Source: Thermoanaerobaculia bacterium (GTDB lineage: Bacteria > Acidobacteriota > Thermoanaerobaculia > UBA5066). Taken from it: a stretch of DNA of 13,128 bases. Every line of letters starts with the position of its first letter. The first letter of the stretch is position 1. The DNA lies in NCBI GenBank assembly GCA_963816185.1, contig CAWFJJ010000009.1:1-13128 (forward strand). Reading direction: 5' to 3'. Shown in pieces: positions 1 to 7,429 of the stretch. The notes under the pieces were generated by a model that did no database searches, was not told the DNA's origin, and saw only the letters and a program-made list of their open reading frames with translations. Position numbers and translations under genes: made by a program.

Positions 1-167
1 AGAAGATGCCGCGCATGGCGACCTGGGGGGCCGAGGCCCGTCGTCTCGACGAGAACCTTGCCGACGGGGCACTCACGGTAAATCCTCGCTGGCCTCCCGG
101 TTGCATTGATCCCGACCCGGAGGCGCATCATGCGAATCGCCCGCCTGCCCTCGAGGAGGACTTTCGA

Positions 168-344
168 ATGAGCAGAACGTCGAGACCACCGGCACGGGAC
201 TCCATTGATCTCCCTCCTCGCCGCGCCTTTGTGCGGCTTCTTTCGACAGCGGGCCTCACGCAAAACATGGTCGACCGGATCGCCGCGATCGAGAAGACGC
301 TCGGGATCTACGATCTCGCGCGGTTCACACCGCCTGAGCGATGA
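168..344 (+). CDS. Small hypothetical protein (58 aa, MSRTSRPPARD...FTPPER)
   Basis: In-frame ATG at 168 within ORF 6..344, preceded by a strong SD GAGGAGG at 153-159. Stop TGA 342-344 lies just upstream of the next gene. No recognisable domain. Confidence 0.5.
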   Translation: MSRTSRPPARDSIDLPPRRAFVRLLSTAGLTQNMVDRIAAIEKTLGIYDLARFTPPER

Positions 345-348
345 AGCC

Positions 349-789
349 TTGGGCTCTTCACGCCTCCGCGCGCGCGTGGCCCCCGTCTTGATCGCGACAT
401 TCGTGCAGGGCTGCGCGAGCGTGTCCGCCCACGGCATCATCAAGACTTCGAACGGAAACCCGGTCGCCGACGCATTGCTCACGCTGACCGAGCCGGAGAC
501 CGGAAGACTAACGGCGCGTTCCTCGTCCGATCTCCGCGGCTGCTTCAGCGTGTACGAGCCGGTCAAGTCCGGCGACGGCTCGTACGTCCTGCACATTTCG
601 TCTCCGGGCTACAAATCGCTCGACCTCGGCGTGCGCATGCACGAAAAACCTCTCTTCCTCGTCACCCTGGCCGGCGACAAGAGTCCCGACGAGAGCGTCT
701 CCCGCCCGATCGATCCTCGGGAACGTTCCGTCCTCTACGACGCCGCCTGTGTACCGCTGGTTCGGGGCGACGGCATCGGCCTGAGGTGA
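349..789 (+). CDS. Probable lipoprotein with a carboxypeptidase-regulatory-like/transthyretin-like beta-sandwich domain
   Basis: C-terminal part of ORF 205..789. A basic then hydrophobic segment ends in lipobox-like FVQG|C, followed by G.I...G.PVADA.LTL...D.RG.F and G.Y.L.ISSPGYK, typical of this fold. Start uncertain (TTG 349 or GTG 376). Confidence 0.65.
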   Translation: MGSSRLRARVAPVLIATFVQGCASVSAHGIIKTSNGNPVADALLTLTEPETGRLTARSSSDLRGCFSVYEPVKSGDGSYVLHISSPGYKSLDLGVRMHEKPLFLVTLAGDKSPDESVSRPIDPRERSVLYDAACVPLVRGDGIGLR

Positions 790-865
790 AGGCGGCTGTT
801 TCGGGAGTTGTCCGAAACCTTCTCGGGCAAAAAGACGTTTCCATATCCGAGCAGGAGCGCAGCTT

Positions 866-1969
866 ATGAAGCTAAAACGTATCGTGAGGTGGAGTGCGGG
901 CGCGATTTCGTTCGCGTTACTCGTGGCGTTCCTGATCGCGTACTGGACCTCGAGCAACGACTGTGCCCGCATCAGAGCCGCCCAGGGTGACGTCATGAGA
1001 GCGATCGTCTATTGCGAATACGGCCCGCCCGACGTTCTCAGGATCGAGACGATCGCCAAGCCGATTCCCAACGACGACCACGTCCTGATCAAGGTGCGCG
1101 CGGCCTCGGTCAACCCGTTCGACTGGCATTTCATGGAAGGCACGCCGTACATCGGCCGCGCCATGGGGATGGGCCTGCGCAAACCGAAGGACATACGTCT
1201 CGGCGTGGACGTGGCGGGCCGTGTCGAAGCCGTCGGCAGGAACGTGACGCAGTTCAAGCCGGGCGACGAGGTATTCGGTGCCGCGCATGGCGCCTTCGCG
1301 GAGTATGCGTGCGCTTCCGAGAAAAGGGTGGTCCTCAAGCCGGGCAACGTCACCTTCGCGCAGGCGGCTTCCGTCCCCATCGCAGGCGTCACCGCGTTGC
1401 AGGGCCTTCGCGACCGGGGAAAGGTCCAGCCGGGGCAGAGGATCCTGATCAACGGCGCCTCGGGCGGCGTGGGGACGTTCGCCGTGCAGATCGCGAAGTC
1501 GTTCGGCGCGCACGTGACCGGCGTCTGCAGCACGAAGAACCTAGGCCTGGTCCGCTCCCTCGGCGCCGACCGGGTCATCGATTACACGAAGGAGGATTTC
1601 ACGAGGGCCCAGGAGCGCTACGACCTGATCCTCGACAACGTCGGGAACCGTTCGCTGTCGGCGTGCCGGCGCGTCCTGACCCCCAGGGGGCGATACGTCA
1701 TGATCGGCGGGCCGAAAGGCCGGTGGGTCGCTCCTCTCGATCGTGCGCTCGCGGCGAAGGTCTACTCGTGGTTCGTGAGCCAGGACATCGGCATGATGAT
1801 GGCGAGAATGGACAAGGGGGACCTCGCCGTCCTGGGCGATCTCGTGCAATCGGGGAAGGTCACGCCGGCTATAGACAGGACCTACACGCTGAGTCAGGTC
1901 CCCGAGGCCATCCGTTACCTGGAAACGGGGCATGCCCGGGGAAAGGTGGTGATCGCCGTCGGTGATTGA
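866..1969 (+). CDS. NAD(P)-dependent medium-chain dehydrogenase/reductase, zinc-independent quinone oxidoreductase-like
   Basis: SD AGGAG at 853-857. Motifs YGPPDVL, VKVRAASVNPFD-like (no catalytic Zn Cys), GVDVAGRVEAVG, Rossmann INGASGGVGTFAVQIAK, LGADRVIDY and C-terminal GHARGKVVI. Alternative start ATG 995. Confidence 0.93.
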   Translation: MKLKRIVRWSAGAISFALLVAFLIAYWTSSNDCARIRAAQGDVMRAIVYCEYGPPDVLRIETIAKPIPNDDHVLIKVRAASVNPFDWHFMEGTPYIGRAMGMGLRKPKDIRLGVDVAGRVEAVGRNVTQFKPGDEVFGAAHGAFAEYACASEKRVVLKPGNVTFAQAASVPIAGVTALQGLRDRGKVQPGQRILINGASGGVGTFAVQIAKSFGAHVTGVCSTKNLGLVRSLGADRVIDYTKEDFTRAQERYDLILDNVGNRSLSACRRVLTPRGRYVMIGGPKGRWVAPLDRALAAKVYSWFVSQDIGMMMARMDKGDLAVLGDLVQSGKVTPAIDRTYTLSQVPEAIRYLETGHARGKVVIAVGD

Positions 1970-2131
1970 GACGAGTAAACACGCCCGCCTCGCGCTATTC
2001 GGGCGCACACGGGAGATCAGCGAAACCGTTGGACGTCAATGAAGTGGTGGAGCATCCTGCTCGATTATCGAACTGTGCTTCTGAAGACGCGCGCCACCAG
2101 CGGGCGCACCGGACCGCCGCAACGCGTTGAG

Positions 2132-2144
2132 AATCAGTCGCTTA
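2132..2144 (+). promoter_or_regulatory. Possible IHF-type binding site upstream of the TonB-dependent receptor
   Basis: AATCAGtcgcTTA matches the WATCARNNNNTTR consensus and lies in a relatively AT-rich intergenic stretch. A short palindrome GCAATaaATTGC is nearby at 2178-2189. Confidence 0.25.
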
Positions 2145-2248
2145 TTGGGTGCATAAGCCGGCGGGCTAGACTTGTGCGCAATAAATTGCTGCTGATGAAA
2201 AAAGGCACCCGACATACCCAGTTCGATGGTCGAGCAAGGGAGCCGTTC

Positions 2249-5194
2249 ATGAGAGGAATCTGTCTCGCGTTGCTCCTCGGGATCGTTTGCTCCAGGGGGA
2301 TGGTCCTTGCGCAGGCGGGCGGCAGCCTCACCGGAACGATCGAAGGTATCGTCAAGGTCGGCGAGAATCCCGTCCAGGGCGCTCTCGTGACGATCTCTTC
2401 TCCCGCCCTTCAGGGCAAGCGCTCGACCGCGACGGGAGCGAGTGGCGACTACATCTTCCGCCAGCTCCCTCCCGGCTCCGCCAGGGGCGGCAACGCCTAC
2501 ACGATCACCTTCGCCCTCTCCGGTATGAAGACCGCCCAGAAGACGATCGACGTCTCGCTCGGCGGCAGCACACGGCAGGACGCGACGCTCGAAGTCGCGG
2601 CGGCGGCCACGGCCGTAACCGTCTCGAGCGCGAGCCTCGCCGCGGAAGAGGAAAACGCCGCCGTCCACGGCGCGACGTTCAAGGGCGAGGACGTCCAGAA
2701 CCTCCCCGTCGGGCGCACCCTGTCGCAGATCGCGGCGAACGCGCCCGGCCTCACGACGCGCACCCCCGACGCCAGACAGCTCTCGATCTCCGGCTCGTTC
2801 CCGTGGGACAACAGGTTCCTGCTCAACGGCGTCGACATCAGCGACAACATCGGTGGATGGGCGACGGACACCCTCGTCATCGAGGACGCGGTCCAGGAAA
2901 CGCAGGTCATGACGTCGAACATCTCCGCCGAGTACGGTAGCTTCTCGGGCGGCCTCGTCAACGCGATCACCCGAAGCGGCGGAAACCACTACTCTGGAAC
3001 GGCCCGCGTGGATTTCTCCAACCCGGACTGGCAGGCCTACACGCCGATCGAAGCCCGGCAGCAGACCACCCGTCCGTCGGCCCTTTCCGAGGTCTACACG
3101 GCGACGCTCGGCGGAAAGATCGTCGAGGACCGGCTGTGGTTCTTCCTCGCCGGCCGCTACACCGACATCACGCAGGGCACGACGCTGGCCCTCACGAACG
3201 AGCCGAACACGATGACGACCACGGAACCGCGCGTCGAGGCCAAGCTCACCGGCAACATCAACGCGAGCCACACGCTCCTGGTCGACTACACCACCTCGAA
3301 TCGAAAACAAGCGAACCGCCCGACCTTCGGGAACGACTCGCCGTGGCCCACTGCCGAGACCAGCGGCGATTGGACATCTGCTGAATTCCCCGCGAACGTT
3401 TTCGTCGCCCGGTACAACGGCGTCTTCACGCCGAACCTCATCGGCGACCTCGTCTACTCCCAGAAGAAGGCCGAGTTCAAGGGCTACGGCGGTACGGGCA
3501 GCGACATCGTCAGCGACTCGCCATTTGTTTCGAATGCGTCCGGCTCCCAGACGCTCGTCTCTTACGCCGCACCCGCCTTCGACGCGACGGACCCCGAGCA
3601 GCGCAACAACAAGGACATCGCGGGCAGCCTGTCGTACTACCTCTCGGCCGGGAAGCTGGGCACCCACGACCTCAAGGCCGGGATTGACATCTTCCACACG
3701 GTTCGCACCGGAGGCAACTCGCAGTCGCCGACCAACTACGTCTTCTATGCCGATTACAAAACCGACGCCAACGGCAACCCGGTCTACGGCCCGAGCCCGC
3801 TGGGGCCCCACCAGCTGATCCCGGTCTTCGTGCCGGGCCAAAGCCTCGCGGACATCTTCCTCGCCACGCGCGGCGCCCAGACGGATATCCGGACGGACGC
3901 GTTCTACGTCAACGATTCCTTCCGCCTGGGCCGCTTCTCGTTCAACATCGGATTCCGCTACGAGAAGGTGAACGGAACGGGCCCCGGGGGCGCGACGATC
4001 ACCGACACGCACGCCTTCGTCCCGCGCCTCGGAGCGATCTGGGACGTCAAGGGAAACGGCCAGTATCAGGTCTCGGGCTCGTACGCGCAGTACGCCGGCA
4101 AGTACAACGACCTGGCGGCGGGGCAGGGGACCGTGGTCGGAAACCCGAACGCCATCTATCAGGTCTACACGGGGCCGCCGGGTGAGGGCTACGGCTTCGC
4201 CCCGGCGTTCGATCCCAGGAACTACCAGACCTACTCCGTCCTCTTCCCGCTCTTGAACTCCTTCTATCCGCCGGGCGTCTCGGCGCCGATCACGACCGAA
4301 TACACGCTGAGCGCGGGAGGGAAGATCACCCCGAAGCTCAACGCGGCCGCCACGTTCATCTACCGCAACACGAAGAACTTCCTCGAGGACTTCATCAACA
4401 ACCCGACGGCCTCCGGCAAGACCGAGATCATCTACGAGGGCGTCGACTATGGAGCGTTCGACAACCGCTACTTCGCGAACTCCGACGTCCCCCGTCACAA
4501 GTACGAGGCGCTCCTGTTCCAGGCCGGCTACACGGGAATCCGGGACCTCTTCCTGCAGGCGAACTACACGTACATGCTGAAGTCCGAAGGCACGTACGAG
4601 GGTGACGGCGCGAGCTATCCCGCCGGCTACGCGTCCCGCTACGGGAACTATCCCGAGGTCCTGCCGCTGAACAGGGTCGATCCCTACGGAAACCTCTCGG
4701 GCTATCAGAAGCACAAGCTGCGCCTCCTCGGGACGTACGCCATCCGGTCGAAGATCGGCATCTTCACCCCCGGCCTGATCTACTCGTACGATTCCGGCCA
4801 GCCCTACAACATCACGTCGACCCTTCCGCTGACGGCGATCGAGATCGCCCGCGACCCGGGGTACGCGAGCCTTCCTGCGACCCAGTTGATCTACTACGGC
4901 GACCGCGGGAACAACTTCTTCCCGAGCCAGCAGCGGTGGGATCTCGCGTTCTCATGGGAAGCGCCGGTCTACAAGACGGTGGTTCCCTGGGTGCGGTTCG
5001 CGATCACGAACCTCTTCAACCCCGCCTACCTCGTTTCGTACGACACGTCGGTCACGGCCAACACGAAGGGCCCGCTCGACTCGAACGGCCTCCCGACCAC
5101 CTACACGAAGGCCAAGACGTTCGGTACCGCGACCTCCTCGGCCAACTACCAGCCGGCGCGGACCCTGACGTTCGCGGCCGGGATCCGGTTCTAG
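2249..5194 (+). CDS. TonB-dependent receptor, Oar-like, with N-terminal carboxypeptidase-regulatory-like domain
   Basis: ATG 2249 with SD-like AAGGGAG at 2236-2242 and signal peptide MRGICLALLLGIV...VLA|Q. Plug motifs NLPVGR, LLNGVDI, AEYGSFSGGLVNAITRSGGN. Barrel motifs LWFFLAG, FNIGFRYE, PRLGAIWD, ITNLFN. Ends in an outer-membrane C-terminal Phe (AGIRF). Confidence 0.93.
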   Translation: MRGICLALLLGIVCSRGMVLAQAGGSLTGTIEGIVKVGENPVQGALVTISSPALQGKRSTATGASGDYIFRQLPPGSARGGNAYTITFALSGMKTAQKTIDVSLGGSTRQDATLEVAAAATAVTVSSASLAAEEENAAVHGATFKGEDVQNLPVGRTLSQIAANAPGLTTRTPDARQLSISGSFPWDNRFLLNGVDISDNIGGWATDTLVIEDAVQETQVMTSNISAEYGSFSGGLVNAITRSGGNHYSGTARVDFSNPDWQAYTPIEARQQTTRPSALSEVYTATLGGKIVEDRLWFFLAGRYTDITQGTTLALTNEPNTMTTTEPRVEAKLTGNINASHTLLVDYTTSNRKQANRPTFGNDSPWPTAETSGDWTSAEFPANVFVARYNGVFTPNLIGDLVYSQKKAEFKGYGGTGSDIVSDSPFVSNASGSQTLVSYAAPAFDATDPEQRNNKDIAGSLSYYLSAGKLGTHDLKAGIDIFHTVRTGGNSQSPTNYVFYADYKTDANGNPVYGPSPLGPHQLIPVFVPGQSLADIFLATRGAQTDIRTDAFYVNDSFRLGRFSFNIGFRYEKVNGTGPGGATITDTHAFVPRLGAIWDVKGNGQYQVSGSYAQYAGKYNDLAAGQGTVVGNPNAIYQVYTGPPGEGYGFAPAFDPRNYQTYSVLFPLLNSFYPPGVSAPITTEYTLSAGGKITPKLNAAATFIYRNTKNFLEDFINNPTASGKTEIIYEGVDYGAFDNRYFANSDVPRHKYEALLFQAGYTGIRDLFLQANYTYMLKSEGTYEGDGASYPAGYASRYGNYPEVLPLNRVDPYGNLSGYQKHKLRLLGTYAIRSKIGIFTPGLIYSYDSGQPYNITSTLPLTAIEIARDPGYASLPATQLIYYGDRGNNFFPSQQRWDLAFSWEAPVYKTVVPWVRFAITNLFNPAYLVSYDTSVTANTKGPLDSNGLPTTYTKAKTFGTATSSANYQPARTLTFAAGIRF

Positions 5195-5202
5195 ATTTCT
5201 TC

Positions 5203-7383
5203 TTGGCGCGCGTGCGCGTTCTGTCGGCTGTTTCGCTTCTCCTCGTCTTCGTCGCGTGCACGAAGCACCGGGAGGATACCGAAGGGAAGGTCGCCGGCGC
5301 CTCCCGGTCCCGGGGCGCGTCCGTCGTCCTCATCTCGATCGACACGCTGAGGTCCGATCACCTCCCGCTCTACGGGGCGCGAGGTCTCGAGACCCCGACG
5401 CTCGACGCGATCGCCACGGACGGAATCGTCTTCGAGCGCGCGTACAGCCCCTGTCCGCTGACGCTGCCGGCGCACACGTCCATTTTCACCGGCCTCGACC
5501 CCGCGGGGCACGGCGTGAGGAACAACGTGGGGTTCACGCTGGACGCCTCGAAGCATCCGACGCTCGCGACGCTCCTCGCGGCGCGGGGCTACAGGACGGG
5601 TGGCGCCGTCTCGGCGTTCGTTCTCCGCGGCGCGACCGGCCTTGCGTCGTCGTTCGGGTTCTACGACGACCGCATCGACGCTCCCGCCGGCGCGTCCGCG
5701 GCGGGAGCGGTCCGGCGCGCCGGGCCCGAGACGATGCGCCGGGCGCTCGCGTGGCTCGACACCGTCGCGGCGGGCCCCTTCTTCCTCTTCGTCCACCTCT
5801 ACGAGCCGCACGCGCCCTACGACCCGCCCGAGCCCTTCCGGAGCCGCTCGGCGAGCGCGTACGACGGGGAGATCGCATACGCCGACTCGATCGTCGGCAC
5901 GCTCGTCGCCGACCTCAGACGCCGCGGCCTCTACGACGGAACGCTTCTCGTCGTCCTCTCGGACCACGGCGAGGGGCTGGGGGACCACGGGGAGCAGGAG
6001 CACGGGATCCTTCTCTACCGCGAGGCGCTCCAGGTTCCTCTCGTCGTCAAGCTCCCGGGCTCCCGCCGGCACGGCACACGCGTCGCAGAGCCGGTCGGCC
6101 TCGTCGACGTCCTGCCGACCATCGCCGGGGAGCTCGGCCTCGAGCCTCCGCCGGGCCTTCCGGGCGTCGACCTTCTCGCCGTTTCCTCCGCGCGACGTGC
6201 GGCCGAGCGCCGGATCTTCGCCGAGACGATGTACCCGCGAATCCACCTCGGCTGGAGCGAGCTCCGTTCTCTCGTGGGGGCGCGCGATCACTTCATCGAG
6301 GGCGTCCGCGCCGAGCTGTACGACGTCGTCTCGGATCCCGGTGAGACGCGCGATCTCTTCGCGTCCTCCAGCGAGACCGCACGCGACTTCAAGCGCGCCC
6401 TGAACAGGATCGAAGCGCCTTACACGGCTCCGGGGCAGGTGAAGTCCGAGGACCTCAAGAAGCTCGTCTCTCTCGGCTATCTCGCCGGTGCGTCCGACGC
6501 GACCGGCCCGCTTCCCGACCCTCGCGCGAGCCTTCCGATCCTCGAGGACATGAAGAAGGCCTTCACGCTCGGCGCGGAAGGGCACGATGCGGAGGCGCTC
6601 GCGGGTCTCAAGTCGGTCCTCGCGCGCCAGCCACGCCTCTTCGACGCCCAGTACGCCGAGGCCGAAGTCCTCGCCCGGATGGGACGCCTCGACGAAGCCG
6701 CGGCGGCATACGCGAAGGCGCTTCGCCTGTCGCCCGCGCTCGCCAGTTCCATCGCCCTCGCACTGGCCCGGGTCACGCTCGAGCTCTCGCGTCCGGACGA
6801 GGCGGAGGCGAATGCCCGAATCGCGCTCCGCGAGAGTCCCGACGAGGCGCACGAGATCCTCGCCCGCGTGGCTCTCGAGCGGAACGATCTCGAGAGCGCC
6901 GAGCGTGAAGCGCGACTCGTCCACGGCGGAGCTTCGCCCGAGGCGCAAGGCGCCGTCGTCCTCGCGGAAGTGGCTCTCCGGCGCGACCGGCCCGCCGACG
7001 CGCTCGCGCTCCTCGACGCGGCGCGAAAGCCGGTGGCGGCCGCAGGCCTTTCTCTCCCGCGGAACCTGTCGTTCCTGACGGGCGATGCCCTGGCCCGCAC
7101 CTCGCGGCTGCCCGAGGCGGCCGCCGCCTTCCGGGAGGAGATCCGCGCCTATCCCACGAACGCGCAGGCCTACGCCCGGCTCGCGATCGTCCTCGCCGTC
7201 GAGCACCGGACACGCGGCGACGTGGCTGCGCTCCTCGAATCGATGTACCGCGCGAATCCATCGCCCGCGACGGCGCAACTCGCCGAACAGACGCTGGACT
7301 CCATCGGAGACCGCTCCGGGGCAGCCCGATGGGCCGCGCGCGGGCGTTCCCCCTCCGCGCGACCTTCCCGGACCTCCCGCTGA
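5203..7383 (+). CDS. Sulfatase-like (alkaline phosphatase superfamily) lipoprotein with C-terminal TPR repeats
   Basis: Lipoprotein-like signal SLLLVFVA|C. Motifs ISIDTLRSD, PLTLPAHTSIFTG, HLYEPHAPY, YDGEI, SDHGE, EHG, ELYD...DPGE. Ala/Leu-rich TPR-like helices follow (GRLDEAAAAYAKALRLSP). Start TTG 5203 or GTG 5212; the ORF extension to 4936 overlaps the receptor gene. Confidence 0.88.
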   Translation: MARVRVLSAVSLLLVFVACTKHREDTEGKVAGASRSRGASVVLISIDTLRSDHLPLYGARGLETPTLDAIATDGIVFERAYSPCPLTLPAHTSIFTGLDPAGHGVRNNVGFTLDASKHPTLATLLAARGYRTGGAVSAFVLRGATGLASSFGFYDDRIDAPAGASAAGAVRRAGPETMRRALAWLDTVAAGPFFLFVHLYEPHAPYDPPEPFRSRSASAYDGEIAYADSIVGTLVADLRRRGLYDGTLLVVLSDHGEGLGDHGEQEHGILLYREALQVPLVVKLPGSRRHGTRVAEPVGLVDVLPTIAGELGLEPPPGLPGVDLLAVSSARRAAERRIFAETMYPRIHLGWSELRSLVGARDHFIEGVRAELYDVVSDPGETRDLFASSSETARDFKRALNRIEAPYTAPGQVKSEDLKKLVSLGYLAGASDATGPLPDPRASLPILEDMKKAFTLGAEGHDAEALAGLKSVLARQPRLFDAQYAEAEVLARMGRLDEAAAAYAKALRLSPALASSIALALARVTLELSRPDEAEANARIALRESPDEAHEILARVALERNDLESAEREARLVHGGASPEAQGAVVLAEVALRRDRPADALALLDAARKPVAAAGLSLPRNLSFLTGDALARTSRLPEAAAAFREEIRAYPTNAQAYARLAIVLAVEHRTRGDVAALLESMYRANPSPATAQLAEQTLDSIGDRSGAARWAARGRSPSARPSRTSR

Positions 7384-7409
7384 GCGCGGCCCGCCGTGTC
7401 CCCCGCGGC

Positions 7410-7415
7410 TAGAAT
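7410..7415 (+). promoter_or_regulatory. Probable -10 element (TAGAAT) for the kinase gene
   Basis: 5/6 match to TATAAT, standing out in a very GC-rich 46-bp intergenic gap. It lies 14 nt upstream of GTG 7430, and no convincing SD is present. Confidence 0.5.
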
Positions 7416-7429
7416 CCCGTCAGAGCTTC

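Noticed and set aside
1-150. Partial gene at the left edge
   Set aside because: None of the frames I read gave a recognisable protein, and the stretch is too short to call.
2160-2220. Sigma54 promoter for the receptor
   Set aside because: AGGCAC and TTGC elements exist but not with the required GG-N10-GC spacing.
2039-2248. N-terminal ORF extensions of the receptor (2039), sulfatase-like gene (4936) and kinase (7085)
   Set aside because: They run through intergenic DNA or overlap upstream genes. Signal peptides and family N-termini place the starts at 2249, 5203/5212 and 7430.
2036-4714. 892-aa ORF on the - strand
   Set aside because: Antisense shadow of the TonB-dependent receptor caused by high GC3. 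The same applies to 5191..7278, 7409..8956 and 12197..13021.
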